Assembly (NCBI GenBank): GCA_965203555.1
Contig: CBDBCY010000004.1
Span: forward strand, 2,464,001-2,528,000
Source: Acidimicrobiia bacterium
GTDB taxonomy: Bacteria > Actinomycetota > Acidimicrobiia > Spongiisociales > ZC4RG35
Length of the DNA stretch: 64,000 nt
Direction of reading: 5' to 3'
Position 1 is the first letter of the stretch. Every line of letters starts with the position of its first letter. Shown piece by piece: positions 50,551-61,381 of the stretch. Below the pieces are notes generated by a model. It worked only from the letters and a program-made list of their open reading frames with translations. It did no database searches and was not told the origin of the DNA. Made by a program: the position numbers and the translations under genes.

Positions 50551-51475
50551 TCCGCCCCCGAGTGACGGCTTTGAGGTACAGGTGGACGTAACGGCGCAGC
50601 AATCTCATTGATCCGGCCTTTCGCGTCCCGCCGAGTATCTCGAAGCCGGCCGCTCCGATGGCGTCAAGTCCCGCCAGGCCTCCCGCTACGAAGCCGGCGA
50701 CGGCAAGACGAGCATATCCGCGAAGCGACGCCGCCAACCACCGTCCCCTTTCAAGCATCTCTCGGGCGCGGGCTGCCTCGTACTCCACCAGGCGCCTGAG
50801 GTCAGGTCCCGCCTCCGGGGCCGTCAGATCCTCGAACGTGCACCCAAATCGATTCATATCGTCGGCCGGCAGGTAGACCCGGCCGGCACGGGCGTCTTCG
50901 CCCACATCCTGGAGGTGCTCCAGCACCTGTAACCCACTGCACACGGCGTCGGAAGCAGCCAGACGATCGGGCGTGGCCGACTCGAAGACCGCCAGCACCA
51001 GTTGGCCCACCGGATTGGCGGACAGTTCGCAGTACTCCATCAATTCTTCCCAGTTGGCATAGGCTGCCTTGTGCTGATCCAAGCGGTTCGCAGCCAGCAA
51101 TCTGTCAAACGGCGTTCGGGGCAATCCGAAACGGGACACCGTGGGCGCCAGTCGGCGGAAGACCGGATGGGCGGGCGCCCCGGCGAACAGAGCGTCCAAC
51201 TCGCCCTCCAGCCAGTCCAGCGCCGCCGAGCGATCTCCGGGATACTCGTCTCCGAGGTTGTCGGCGAGTCGCGCATAGCCGTAGATGGCCCTCAGGTGAC
51301 CTTGGAGGTGGGTCGGCAGCACTCTCAGGGCAACCGGAAAATTCTCCAGTGCCGCGCGGGCCATGACGACGTCCGGTTCTGCAGTGTCGGCAAGAGTCTC
51401 GACGGGCGCGCCCGGGTCTTCTGCCGAGGGAGTTTCCACCGCGGGATTTAGATTGGCTGGTCTCTGATTGAACAC
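50543..51475 (-). CDS. hpnC: Squalene synthase HpnC (start uncertain)
   Basis: ENFPVA, YGYARLAD, YC.LSANPVG, LEHLQD, GRVYLP. Confidence 0.9.
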   Translation of the reverse strand: MFNQRPANLNPAVETPSAEDPGAPVETLADTAEPDVVMARAALENFPVALRVLPTHLQGHLRAIYGYARLADNLGDEYPGDRSAALDWLEGELDALFAGAPAHPVFRRLAPTVSRFGLPRTPFDRLLAANRLDQHKAAYANWEELMEYCELSANPVGQLVLAVFESATPDRLAASDAVCSGLQVLEHLQDVGEDARAGRVYLPADDMNRFGCTFEDLTAPEAGPDLRRLVEYEAARAREMLERGRWLAASLRGYARLAVAGFVAGGLAGLDAIGAAGFEILGGTRKAGSMRLLRRYVHLYLKAVTRGRNG

Positions 51476-51767
51476 CGCACCCCTCACCCTGGCAGATGCT
51501 GTGGGCTGTATCGAAGGTCGCTCTCTGAGAGCACCAACAACAATAGTGGAAGGGGCGGCCGGGCCAGGGCCTGGCGAGATCTCCGGCAGTGGAGGGCGCC
51601 TCCTTGCGCCAAGGCTGCGTTACTTTGCCGGCGTTCCTCCGGTCGGCAAGCTTCGACAGTCCCGCCGGTCCATATATTCTGAGCCGAAAGGTTCGGCGCA
51701 TCGGGGGTCACGGCGGCTTCGAGGTTTTGTTTTGACGGTTCACCGGGCGCCTGACCCAAAGGTTGAA

Positions 51768-52436
51768 ATGAAGATCTCGATCATCACCATCTTTCCCGGC
51801 TACTTTCCACAGGCTCTTGAGGTGGGGATCCTGGGCCGGGCGCGGGGGTCTGGGCTGCTGGAGGTGAATCTGATCGACCTGAGGGACTACGCGGAGGGGG
51901 GACACCGGGCGGTGGACGACGCTCCCTTCGGCGGCGGGCCGGGGATGGTGATGATGCCTGCGCCGTTGGCTCGGGCGCTGGATCCGTTGGAAGGCGCCCA
52001 CCGAGTGCTGTTTGCCCCCGTGGGTAAGCGTCTGGACCAGTCCATGTTGGACCGGTGGTCGAAGCTGGAGCATCTCGTTTTGGTCTGCGGACGCTACGAG
52101 GGAGTGGACGAGCGGATTGCCGAACACTTCATCGATGAGGAGGTGTCGGTGGGTGACGTCGTGCTGGCGGGAGGAGAGGTGGCGGCTCTGCTGGTGTTGG
52201 AAGGCGTCGTGCGTTTGCTGCCCGAGGCAGTGGGTAATCCCTGCTCGGTGGTGTTCGAGTCTTTCCGGGGCGGTCTGCTGGAAGAACCGGTTTACACTCG
52301 GCCGGCGACCTTCAGGGGATGGTCGGTTCCTCATGTGCTTCTCTCGGGGGACCACCAGCGAATAGCCGATTGGAGGCAGGCTCAGCGGGAGGAGCGTACC
52401 CGCACCCGGCGTCCCGACTTGTGGCAAGGGAAATAA
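51768..52436 (+). CDS. trmD: tRNA (guanine-N1)-methyltransferase
   Basis: [38 protein letters not shown]. Confidence 0.97.
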   Translation: MKISIITIFPGYFPQALEVGILGRARGSGLLEVNLIDLRDYAEGGHRAVDDAPFGGGPGMVMMPAPLARALDPLEGAHRVLFAPVGKRLDQSMLDRWSKLEHLVLVCGRYEGVDERIAEHFIDEEVSVGDVVLAGGEVAALLVLEGVVRLLPEAVGNPCSVVFESFRGGLLEEPVYTRPATFRGWSVPHVLLSGDHQRIADWRQAQREERTRTRRPDLWQGK

Positions 52437-52513
52437 GCCTACGAAATGGTGATAGAATGGTGTTTGACGGTACGTCCCCACTTTCTCTTCACCCAGATAT
52501 CACAGGTTGCACC

Positions 52514-52858
52514 ATGAATGACATCCAGATGCTTGAACAAGAATATCTTCGGGAGGATGTACCCGAATTCAGGCCGGGAGACACGGTAAGGGTTCATGTG
52601 AGGGTGATGGAAGCCGGCCGGGAGAGAATCCAGGTCTTCGAGGGAGTGGTGATGGGACGAAGCGGAGGAGGACTGCAGGAGACCTTCACGGTTCGCAAGA
52701 TCAGTTTCGGGATAGGGGTGGAGCGCATCTTCCCGATTCACGCCCCAATCGTCAGCAGGATCGAAGTACGCCGCAAGGGACTGGTCCGCAGAGCAAAACT
52801 GCATTACCTGCGGGGTCGTTCCGGCAAGTCGGCGCGTATCAAAGAGAGACGCGACTGA
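52514..52858 (+). CDS. rplS: 50S ribosomal protein L19
   Basis: [32 protein letters not shown]. Confidence 0.97.
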   Translation: MNDIQMLEQEYLREDVPEFRPGDTVRVHVRVMEAGRERIQVFEGVVMGRSGGGLQETFTVRKISFGIGVERIFPIHAPIVSRIEVRRKGLVRRAKLHYLRGRSGKSARIKERRD

Positions 52859-52977
52859 CCAACCTTCCACCTGAGAGTCCTCTCACAACTCCGGGAAAGG
52901 GACCGTCGGAGGGGCAGTCCGCCAGCGATGGTCTTCCAGTTTCGACACGGCGCCGGAGGCGTCCGCTGCGGTCGGCG

Positions 52978-53541
52978 GTGGTGGAGATGGCCGTTTTGCT
53001 GGTGGGGGCGGTCATTCTGGCGGTGTTGATCAAGTCTCTGCTGATCCAACCTTTCGAAATCCCTTCCTCGTCCATGCACCCCACCCTCCAGGTGGGAGAT
53101 CGGGTTATGGTCTCCAAAATAAGCTATCTGTTCGGCGAACCCGGTCGGGGAGACGTGGTGGTTTTCTCGCCCCCGGGCCGTTTCCAACCAGATCGCAATG
53201 TCTTTGAAGTTGTCTGGCACGAGGTCCGGGAGGCGTTTGGCTGGTACGACATTTCCGAGGCGGATCTAATCAAAAGGGTTGTTGCCACGGGAGGGGATCG
53301 AGTCGAGATTCGCAGGGACGAGGTTTGGGTCAACGGTGACCTCTTGCATGAACCTTACCTGGGATCCTCCACCCAGGAGGAGATGTTCACCTTGGAAGTA
53401 GAGGAGGACCATCTTTTTCTGATGGGGGACCACCGCAGCAAATCCTCGGACAGCAGGGTCTTTGGAACGGTTCCCGAGGACAATGTGGTGGGCAAGGCCG
53501 TCTTCCGAATCTGGCCGTTTAATCGTCTGGGCGGTATCTAA
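52978..53541 (+). CDS. lepB: Signal peptidase I
   Basis: IPSSSM.PTL, IKRVV, MGD.R..S.DSR. Confidence 0.94.
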   Translation: MVEMAVLLVGAVILAVLIKSLLIQPFEIPSSSMHPTLQVGDRVMVSKISYLFGEPGRGDVVVFSPPGRFQPDRNVFEVVWHEVREAFGWYDISEADLIKRVVATGGDRVEIRRDEVWVNGDLLHEPYLGSSTQEEMFTLEVEEDHLFLMGDHRSKSSDSRVFGTVPEDNVVGKAVFRIWPFNRLGGI

Positions 53542-53627
53542 GAGAGTTCCCTGGGCAAGGCTCCGGCGAGCCGGATGCCACGTGGGAGAAGGGTCGCCGG
53601 AAGTTCGTTCTCGTAAACTACCTGTCC

Positions 53628-56114
53628 ATGGCCCTTCCGATAAGACGAGCTTGTCGGCGCAGGCCCGTGAGAGTCCGCCGGATCCTGTCGGTCGCCATGG
53701 TCTTCGCAGTGGCTACAGTGGTTGCTTTCGCCGTCTCCCCCGGCTCCGCCCGGGCTCGGTCTGACGCGAGTGGTGCGGTTGCGGGGTCAGCGGAGCACAT
53801 CGTTGTTCAGAACGTCGGTACGAGGACGACCTGCCAGGCATCGACTTTGGGGGCCTTCAAGCTGCTGTGTGACCTCTATGACCTGATAACCAGTCACTAC
53901 TTAGGTACCGACACAGCCGCGCAGATGGCCTCGGACGCCGCCAAGGCCGTTCGCAACGCGGGGTTGGCGGCAATCACCGGGCCTCCTCCTGCCTGCCCGC
54001 TTCCGTCTTCGGAGTTCGAACAGGTTTGCAAGGAGATCGACAAAGCCGCCGACACGGCCGCCGCCGTGTGGGCTGCCGCCAAGGGAATCGTGAACGGGCT
54101 GAACCTGGGTTCCAACTTTTGGTTCACTCCCGCGGAATACCAGGTCTGGCGCGAGGGACGACAAGGCAAGCAGTCCAGATTCGGATTCGAGGCCGGTCTT
54201 CTGGACGGCGATGTTCCCTGCACCGCGCTATCTAACACGTGCCGACCGGTCGTTTTCGAGGTCCATCCAGGGAGCCCGGCCGAGACTGGAGGGCTGATGG
54301 TGGGCGACGTTCTGGTGGGGTGGAGCGCGCCGCTCTCGTCGTCGCTGAGTTGCTCGCGTTTGTTCACCATGGACCGAGTTGCGGTCGGCGCCACGGTGGA
54401 CTTCCAGGTCAAAAGGGGTTCCACCACCTCGACCGTTACGCTCCAAGCGGCCACTGTCTCGGCGCCGGTCGCCCGGGGCCATGTCGTCGACTCGAAAATC
54501 GGTTACTTGCGACTGGATGCCTTCTCCGACCCCGCGCCCGCTCAAGTCGAGTCGGTGTTGCAAGATCTGCTCAATGGAGGCGTCACCAGGTTGGTCTTGG
54601 ACCTGCGCGACAATCCGGGAGGGCTGGTGAGCGCATCGGTTCGAGTCGCCAACTTCTTCCTGGACGCCGACACGGTGGTGGCGAGATTTTATAGGGAAGG
54701 CAGTCAGAATGATCAGAGAACCACCGAACCCCCACTGGCGGCCGATCCCGATCTTCTGCAGATGGTGGTGGTAGCGAATGGGAGGAGCGCGTCCGGTTCG
54801 GAAGTAGTGATAGGCGCCCTGTCGGATCACGATCGGGCGACCTTGGTGGGAAAGGCGACTTACGGCAAGTTCACCGGTCAGGTGGATGTCCAACTCAAGG
54901 ACGAGAACAACAACCCGGTGGGGGTGGTGTTTCTGACGACGTCCCGATGGACGACTCCACTGGGGCGAAGCGCGCAGGGAGGACTTCGCCCCGATGCGGA
55001 TTTGGATCTGCCCCTGTGCCTGCATCCCGACGAGGTGGCCCGGCGGGCGGTGAGGGTCGCCGACCGGCCACCGGTGATAAGCGGTCCGGGCAACCTGGCC
55101 TATGTGCAGGGCCGAACCGACGCCGTTGCCGCCTACACGGCGCGGGATCCGGAAGGGCGATCGGTCGTATGGTCCCTGGGAGGTCCGGATGTGGATGATC
55201 TCAGCATTACGCAGACGGGTGTTTTGACTTTCGTCTACCCGCCCGACCGGGATTACCCCGACGATGCCGACGGGGACAATGTCTATCGGGTGACGTTGCA
55301 GGTCTCGGACGGTTTCAACGTCGCCACCCGGGATGTGACGGTCAGGGTCACCACCCGACCTCCCCCTCCGCCGACCAACAATGGCGGCGGCGGAGGCAAT
55401 GGCGGCGGCGGAGGCAATGGCGGCGGAGGCAATGGCGGTGGTGGTGGGCCTGGTGATGGTGGTGGCGGGCCTGGTGATGGTGGTGGCGGGGTGGATGTGG
55501 CGCCTGTGCGTGCTTCTGATCTGTTCGAGGATGTCCGGTCGGGGGTGTGGTACGAGTCGGCGGTGTCGTGGATGATCTCCCAGGAGATCACCCGCGGTTG
55601 TTCTGCGACCATGTTCTGTCCCGACGAGAACCTCACCCGTGAACAGTTCGTGACGTTTTTGTGGAGAGCGGCCGGTCAGCCGGCGTCCGAGTATTCGGGT
55701 TCCGATGCGTTTGCCGACGTCGAGGAGGGGGTCTATTCCGATCAGGCGATCGGATGGGCGGTTTCTGCGGGGGTGACCAGGGGATGCACGGAGGGATCTC
55801 TTGGTGACGAGGGCTGGAAGTTCTGCCCCGGGCAGTCGGTTACCCGTGGTCAGATGGCCGCCTTGCTGTACCGGCACACCGAGGCCGTGTATGTGGCGCC
55901 GGTCAGGTACGAGGACGTGGATCCGGACAGCTTCTACGCGGACGGCGTGGCGTGGTTGCACGATTTTGAGGTGGTGTCGGGTTGTGGGAGTAATGTTTTC
56001 TGTCCCGACCGGGACGCCACCCGGGCGGAGGCGGCGGCGTTCATCAACGGGGTGGCGATCCGTCCCTACATTTGGGGCCCGGGCAACCAATCATTCATAC
56101 CCTCCCTCAGCTGA
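53628..56114 (+). CDS. Secreted S41 peptidase with PDZ, cadherin-like, Gly-rich linker and SLH-like domains
   Basis: GSPAE.GGL..GD, IGYLRL, LDLRDNPGG, SASGSE, TYGK; DPEG...PDDADGDNVY; three F/Y.DV...W...GC...FCP...TR repeats. Confidence 0.82.
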   Translation: MALPIRRACRRRPVRVRRILSVAMVFAVATVVAFAVSPGSARARSDASGAVAGSAEHIVVQNVGTRTTCQASTLGAFKLLCDLYDLITSHYLGTDTAAQMASDAAKAVRNAGLAAITGPPPACPLPSSEFEQVCKEIDKAADTAAAVWAAAKGIVNGLNLGSNFWFTPAEYQVWREGRQGKQSRFGFEAGLLDGDVPCTALSNTCRPVVFEVHPGSPAETGGLMVGDVLVGWSAPLSSSLSCSRLFTMDRVAVGATVDFQVKRGSTTSTVTLQAATVSAPVARGHVVDSKIGYLRLDAFSDPAPAQVESVLQDLLNGGVTRLVLDLRDNPGGLVSASVRVANFFLDADTVVARFYREGSQNDQRTTEPPLAADPDLLQMVVVANGRSASGSEVVIGALSDHDRATLVGKATYGKFTGQVDVQLKDENNNPVGVVFLTTSRWTTPLGRSAQGGLRPDADLDLPLCLHPDEVARRAVRVADRPPVISGPGNLAYVQGRTDAVAAYTARDPEGRSVVWSLGGPDVDDLSITQTGVLTFVYPPDRDYPDDADGDNVYRVTLQVSDGFNVATRDVTVRVTTRPPPPPTNNGGGGGNGGGGGNGGGGNGGGGGPGDGGGGPGDGGGGVDVAPVRASDLFEDVRSGVWYESAVSWMISQEITRGCSATMFCPDENLTREQFVTFLWRAAGQPASEYSGSDAFADVEEGVYSDQAIGWAVSAGVTRGCTEGSLGDEGWKFCPGQSVTRGQMAALLYRHTEAVYVAPVRYEDVDPDSFYADGVAWLHDFEVVSGCGSNVFCPDRDATRAEAAAFINGVAIRPYIWGPGNQSFIPSLS
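55378..55490 (+). repeat. Low-complexity Gly-rich coding repeats (NGGGGG, PGDGGGG)
   Basis: AATGGCGGCGGCGGAGGC units and CCTGGTGATGGTGGTGGCGGG x2. Confidence 0.85.
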
Positions 56115-56207
56115 AACGGGGCGAAGGTACGGGGGGCTGACAGCCGTCCCGTCAAACCCCAAAAGGATTCCGGCTGCTTGTCACACGGACGCCGCATCCT
56201 GGTGAAG

Positions 56208-56570
56208 ATGATCAGTGCAAAGGGCCGTCCGCCTCGCAAAACAACCGGCGAGATGGCCGAGACCCTGGCGGTCCGCTTCCTGGAAGGCAGGGGGTATCCG
56301 GTGCTCGCCCGTAATCTGAGGGTCGGCAGGGGGGAGATAGATATCCTGGCCCGGATCGACGGCGAGAGGACGGTTGTGGAAGTGAGGAGTCGATGGGCGT
56401 TGGGCGTGAAGTGGCCCACCGATCCGCTGGAGGCCTTCGACGCGGCCAAGGCGCAGCAGGTCAAAAGACTTGCTTCCCTGCCTCCGGCCCGGACATCAAG
56501 GGTCGACCTGATCGCGGTCCGCTTCCACGATCGGGGGGTGGAGCTTCACTGGACGCCGCGGGTGGTTTGA
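56208..56570 (+). CDS. yraN: YraN-family endonuclease
   Basis: GEMAE..A..FL..RGY..LARN, GEIDI, VEVR, RVDLIAV. Confidence 0.88.
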   Translation: MISAKGRPPRKTTGEMAETLAVRFLEGRGYPVLARNLRVGRGEIDILARIDGERTVVEVRSRWALGVKWPTDPLEAFDAAKAQQVKRLASLPPARTSRVDLIAVRFHDRGVELHWTPRVV

Positions 56571-56719
56571 CTTTAGCCGGCGAACAACGCCCACAGAACC
56601 GCCGCGATTATCACCGCCAAGGCGGCGGCCACCATAACGATGTCAGCGGTGGTCTTGCGGTGAGGTCGGAAAGGATTGAAGCCCATCTTTGTTCCCAAGG
56701 TAGCGCCGCCCTTTACTCT

Positions 56720-57505
56720 ATGGGAGTTATGTGGCTGGAAATTGAAGATCGGGGACCGGTGCGGTGGCTATGGCTGAATCGGCCTCATCGCCGCAACGCC
56801 ATACCTCCGCAGGGATGGAGAGAGTTGCAGCAGGCATTCGGGGAATTCGAGCGGTCGGCGCAGCGGGTGCTGGTGATATCGGGACGAGATGGGGACTTTT
56901 GCGCCGGCGCCGATCTCGACCCTTCGGCCGGTCCTCGTTTCAGGGGAGTGGTGAACGCCCGGAGCCGCATGAAGGTGGTGGGGGAGACCGCGCTGGCTTT
57001 GCACAGGTTGAGCAAGCCCACGGTGGCGGCGGTGGACGGGGTGGCGGTCGGCGCCGGGATGAGTCTTGCCCTGGGATGCGACGTGGTGGTCGCCACCCAT
57101 AGGGCCCGGTTCTCGGCCATCTTCGCCCGGAGGGGACTTTCCTTGGACATGGGGCTTAGTTGGCTGCTTCCCCGGTTGGCCGGCGTCCAGTTCGCCAAGG
57201 AGGTGGCGCTGTCCGCACGGATGGTCTCCGCCGCCGAAGCGAAGGCGAGGAATCTGGTTTGGGATGTCGTTGATGAAGAACATCTTGAGGGGCGCGCATC
57301 GCTTTTGGCGGAAGGCTTTGCCCGGGGGGCGCCCGTGGCGCAGATGTTCATCAAACAGGGATTGAATCGATCCTGGGAACTCTCTTTGGAGGAGGCGACG
57401 GCCTGGGAGGGACAGGCCCAGTCGATCTGTCTGGGCACCGACGATCACCGGGAAGGGGTGGAAGCCTTCCTGGAGAAGCGGCCTCCCCGTTTCAGAGGTT
57501 GTTGA
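56720..57505 (+). CDS. Enoyl-CoA hydratase/isomerase
   Basis: LNRP..RNA, FCAGADL, KPTVAAVDG.AVGAG, AFLEKRPP. Confidence 0.92.
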   Translation: MGVMWLEIEDRGPVRWLWLNRPHRRNAIPPQGWRELQQAFGEFERSAQRVLVISGRDGDFCAGADLDPSAGPRFRGVVNARSRMKVVGETALALHRLSKPTVAAVDGVAVGAGMSLALGCDVVVATHRARFSAIFARRGLSLDMGLSWLLPRLAGVQFAKEVALSARMVSAAEAKARNLVWDVVDEEHLEGRASLLAEGFARGAPVAQMFIKQGLNRSWELSLEEATAWEGQAQSICLGTDDHREGVEAFLEKRPPRFRGC

Positions 57506-57613
57506 CCAGGCCGGCCTGGATCTGCGGCGGCCTGTGATTTAAGCTGCTGACTCGCGCAAAAACCCTATCCAGCCACATTGACAATTGTGCAGAGCCCTGC
57601 GCAAGGTGGGGTG

Positions 57614-59080
57614 ATGAACACCATGATTCTCTCGGCGGCGATGATCGGGGTGGCGCCACGACCGGTGAGCGTGGAAGTGCACTTGGGCAGGACGAATTCC
57701 AAGTTCGGTCTGGTGGGCCTGCCTGACACGGCGGTGAGAGAGGCCCAATTCCGGGTAAAGGCGGCCATGGCGTCATCGGGATACGAGATGCCCCGCAGCG
57801 AAGTGACAGTGAACCTGGCGCCTGCGGATCTCCCAAAGGCCGGCTCAGCCTTTGATCTGCCCATTGCGCTGGGAGTGCTGCTGGCCGACGGGAAGACTTC
57901 GATGGGACATCCGGGGGTGGTGGCGGTGGGCGAGTTGGCCCTGGACGGTCGGGTACGACCCTCCAGGGGCGTCCTGGCGGCTGCCATGGTGGCCGGCCGG
58001 AGAGGTATACCCTGCCTGGTTCCCCGAGAAGTCATGTCGGAGGCGGCCCTGGTGCCCGAGGTGGAATTGTTCGGGGTGGAAAGGCTGTCAGACGCCTTGC
58101 GAGCCCTGGAGGGGAGCGTCGAACCGGCCGCGCCTTTATCGAGCAAGGTTCAGGTTGCGCCACTCCAGGACATGGCGGATGTCCGCGGGCAGGAACTGGC
58201 GAGGCGGGGGCTGGAGATCGCCGCGGCCGGTCGTCACCATCTGCTCATGTCGGGTCCTCCCGGCATGGGAAAGACGATGTTGGCCAAGCGACTGCCGGGA
58301 ATTCTTCCTCCGATGACCAAGTCCGAGGAGTTGGAGTCGGCTTGCGTGTGGGCGGCCGGTCACCGCGGACGACCGGTCTCGGTCCGACCTTTCCGGGCGC
58401 CCCATCACACCATCTCGCTGGTGGGACTTCTGGGAGGCGGCAGCGGCATTCCGGTGCCGGGAGATTTGTCGCTGGCCCACCATGGCGTGCTCTTTCTGGA
58501 TGAATTGGGGGAATATCCCGGCCATCTCATCGATGCTCTCCGCCAGCCTCTGGAGGAGGGGACGGTGACCATCACTCGCCGGGGGATTTCCACCACGTTT
58601 CCATGCCGGACCCTGGTGGTGGCGGCAACCAATCCATGTCCCTGTGGGTGGAAGAACGACACAGTCAAGCAGTGTCGGTGCTCACCGGCGGCGGCGGGGC
58701 GCTACCGGCGGCGTCTGTCGGGACCCTTGCTGGACCGCTTCGACATCCGGGTGTTCCTGGGACGAATCGAAACCGAAGAATTGACCGGTGCGCCCGGTGA
58801 AAGCAGCGCAGCAGTGAGGGATCGGGTGGAAAAGGCGCGGAAGATGCAGTACCCCCGAGGTGTGCTCAACGGAGATCTGTCCTCATCCGATCTTGATGCC
58901 CTGCCGTGGGAAAAGGGCGCCCGACGGGTGCTCTCCCATAACCTCGACCGGGGCAATCTCACCGGAAGGGGCTACGACCGGGTCCGACGGGTTTCGAGGA
59001 CACTTGCCGACCTGGAAGGATCCGAACAGGTACGAGATGTCCATGTTCTGGAAGCCCTTTCCTATCGGGCAAGCATTTGA
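57614..59080 (+). CDS. comM: YifB/ComM Mg-chelatase-like AAA+ ATPase
   Basis: VGLPD..VRE, NLAPADL.K.G..FDL, GPPGMGKTM, PFRAPHH, LFLDE, NPCPCG, SGPLLDRFD. Confidence 0.95.
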   Translation: MNTMILSAAMIGVAPRPVSVEVHLGRTNSKFGLVGLPDTAVREAQFRVKAAMASSGYEMPRSEVTVNLAPADLPKAGSAFDLPIALGVLLADGKTSMGHPGVVAVGELALDGRVRPSRGVLAAAMVAGRRGIPCLVPREVMSEAALVPEVELFGVERLSDALRALEGSVEPAAPLSSKVQVAPLQDMADVRGQELARRGLEIAAAGRHHLLMSGPPGMGKTMLAKRLPGILPPMTKSEELESACVWAAGHRGRPVSVRPFRAPHHTISLVGLLGGGSGIPVPGDLSLAHHGVLFLDELGEYPGHLIDALRQPLEEGTVTITRRGISTTFPCRTLVVAATNPCPCGWKNDTVKQCRCSPAAAGRYRRRLSGPLLDRFDIRVFLGRIETEELTGAPGESSAAVRDRVEKARKMQYPRGVLNGDLSSSDLDALPWEKGARRVLSHNLDRGNLTGRGYDRVRRVSRTLADLEGSEQVRDVHVLEALSYRASI

Positions 59081-60162
59081 GCGTGCCGCCGGGTCCCGGG
59101 CCCTACTTTCACCACCGTCTGCGGCTGGCCTATTCAGGTTTGCACCCCCAGAGAATCCACGCGCTGGTGGAAAGGACCGGTGACCCGGCAGGAGCAGTAC
59201 GGATGATCGAAACCGGGCGGGTCAAAACCAAACCGGCCGCTCAACAAGCGGTGAGTGTCCCTGCCGAGCAGCGCATCGAAGAACTGCAGTCGGCTGATGT
59301 GAGGGTGGTTCTGTTGGGCGCCGAGGAGTATCCGCCCTGGCTGGCCACCATCCCGGACCCGCCTGATTTGTTGTTTGTCAGAGGAAGGCTGCCGGTGCGG
59401 GCGGCAGTTGCGGTGGTGGGATCGCGGCGGGCCACCCGCTACGGACTGAATCTGGCCAAAACGATGGGCGCCGCGATGGGACGGCGAGGAGTGACAGTGG
59501 TGAGTGGATTGGCCCGAGGGATAGACGGAGCGGTTCACAGGGGAGTAGTGGATGCCGGCGGATGGGCAGTGGCGGTCTTGGGTTCGGGTCCCGACCGATG
59601 GTATCCGGTCAGCAATCGAAACCTGGGGGAGGCGTTGCTGGAAGGCGGCGGTGGGGTGGTTACCGAATACCCTCCCGGAACAGTCCCCGCGCCATGGCGA
59701 TTCCCGGTCCGCAACCGGATCATCACCGGCATGTCGCGGGTGGTGTTGGTGGTGGAGGCGGCCGTCGGGGGCGGGGCCCTGATCAGTGCGCGGTTGGGGC
59801 TGGAACAGGGCCGGGACGTGTTGGCTGTCCCGGGCGATATCGACCGGGCGACGTCCCGGGGTTGCAACGAACTGATCCGCGACGGCGCCATGCCGGTGCT
59901 GGGGACTGCGGAACTGCTGGAATTCCTGGAGATGGAAGGACTCCTCGGCGTCGCCGACCAGGATGTCGGGCGACTGCCTCTCGCCTCCGGGGAGCGCAAG
60001 GGCGATGAGCTGGAAGAGTCCATCGGGGAGTCGGGCGCCACCGTGGAGACATTGATCGAGCGGCTGGGGTGGCCCCTGTCCCAATTGCTGGTGAAAATCG
60101 GCCAACTGGAGTCCGAGGGCCGGGTGGTCAGGGAAGGTGGGACGATTCGCCTCAATGGTTGA
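59077..60162 (+). CDS. dprA: DNA-processing protein DprA (canonical, with C-terminal winged helix)
   Basis: DPP.LLFVRG, VVGSR.AT.YG, VSGLARGID, FPVRNRII, GCN.LIRDGA; located between comM and xerC. Confidence 0.95.
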   Translation: MSVPPGPGPYFHHRLRLAYSGLHPQRIHALVERTGDPAGAVRMIETGRVKTKPAAQQAVSVPAEQRIEELQSADVRVVLLGAEEYPPWLATIPDPPDLLFVRGRLPVRAAVAVVGSRRATRYGLNLAKTMGAAMGRRGVTVVSGLARGIDGAVHRGVVDAGGWAVAVLGSGPDRWYPVSNRNLGEALLEGGGGVVTEYPPGTVPAPWRFPVRNRIITGMSRVVLVVEAAVGGGALISARLGLEQGRDVLAVPGDIDRATSRGCNELIRDGAMPVLGTAELLEFLEMEGLLGVADQDVGRLPLASGERKGDELEESIGESGATVETLIERLGWPLSQLLVKIGQLESEGRVVREGGTIRLNG

Positions 60163-60272
60163 ATGACAGGCCGAGTAGCTTGGCCTCGCTTCCGCCTAAC
60201 TGGTCGGTGGCAATCGGCGCCACGACCGGAAAATCCCTGCCTGAGGACACCGGGATTTCATAGCATGAGAGA

Positions 60273-61166
60273 ATGGCCCCGATCCCATCCCTTCCCCAGT
60301 GGGCGGAGGACGCCGCCCGGCGCTACCTGAGTTGGCTACGCATGGGTCGGCGACTGTCCTCTCACACCGTGAACGCCTATCGGAGGGATATCACCCAGTT
60401 CCTGGCCTTCTGCGACAAGCTGGGACGGGGCTCGGTGGGTGAGATAGATCGGGGTGACCTTCGTCGGTTCTTCGCATCATTACACACTCGGGGCTATTCC
60501 CGATCAACGGTGGTCCGCAAAGGGTCATCGCTTCGTTCCTTCTTCGGCCATCTCCACCAGCAGGGAGATATCCCGGCCAACCCGGTGGGTGCTCTGCCGT
60601 CTCCCAAGGCTCAGAACCGTCTGCCCGTAGCCCTTCCTCAAAGCCAACTGGCGCAGGCTATCGAATCAGTGGATGGGACCGCCCCGGTCGACCTGCGAGA
60701 CCGGGCTCTCTTGGAACTGGCTTACGGAGCGGGGCTGCGGGTGTCCGAATTGGCTGCCCTCACCGTTTCCGGGGTGCAGGGGAGGGACCTGGTCCTGGTT
60801 TCGGGAAAGGGAGACAAGGATAGGACGGCGCCGATCGGCATCCCGGCGCAGCGAGCTATAGAGAGGTGGCTGACGGAGGGTCGCCCGGCCTTGGCGGGCG
60901 AGTCTGCCGGGGAGGCGCTTTTTGTCGGAGTGCGAGGGGGCCGGATGGATCCCCGGCAAATCCGGCGGGTGGTGCGTTCTCGATTGGGTAGCTTCCCCCA
61001 CGCTCTCCGCCATTCGTTCGCAACCCATCTTCTTGAGGGGGGCGCCGACCTGCGCAGCGTCCAGGAACTGCTGGGACACGCCAATCTGGGGACCACCCAG
61101 ATCTATACCAGCGTCAGTCATCGCCACCTGCGAGCCACTCATCACCGCACTCATCCCCGGGCCTGA
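60273..61166 (+). CDS. xerC: Tyrosine recombinase XerC
   Basis: [35 protein letters not shown]. Confidence 0.93.
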   Translation: MAPIPSLPQWAEDAARRYLSWLRMGRRLSSHTVNAYRRDITQFLAFCDKLGRGSVGEIDRGDLRRFFASLHTRGYSRSTVVRKGSSLRSFFGHLHQQGDIPANPVGALPSPKAQNRLPVALPQSQLAQAIESVDGTAPVDLRDRALLELAYGAGLRVSELAALTVSGVQGRDLVLVSGKGDKDRTAPIGIPAQRAIERWLTEGRPALAGESAGEALFVGVRGGRMDPRQIRRVVRSRLGSFPHALRHSFATHLLEGGADLRSVQELLGHANLGTTQIYTSVSHRHLRATHHRTHPRA

Positions 61167-61232
61167 AAAGAGCGAGAAGGTAGCTTTTCCGGTGGTAGTA
61201 TGCCCTGGTTTCTTTGGACTTATCCCCTTCCC

Positions 61233-61381
61233 TAAACTTGGTGCTCAACGTCACAGGCCCGTTCCGTCCACTGGTCGGGAAAGGTCCAGCCGACCTTCCT
61301 GTGGGGCGGGCGCTCCTATTTGGGCGCAGAGCGGAGGAAAACCGGTCAACGGGTCGAGGAAAAACCAGGAAGGAGCTCTCT
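61233..61381 (+). promoter_or_regulatory. rpsB promoter and S2 autoregulatory leader (putative)
   Basis: -10-like TAAACT; long-range stem GGCCCGTT...AACGGGTC followed by GAGGAAAAACC, resembling rpsB leaders. Confidence 0.45.

Noticed and set aside
54228-56090. Long antisense ORFs (also 16670-18154, 61717-63726 and others)
   Set aside because: These are shadow frames of well-supported genes in high-GC DNA, with no family motifs.
60273-61166. Integrase of a mobile element
   Set aside because: Its dprA-xerC-rpsB context and HPRA end mark housekeeping XerC.
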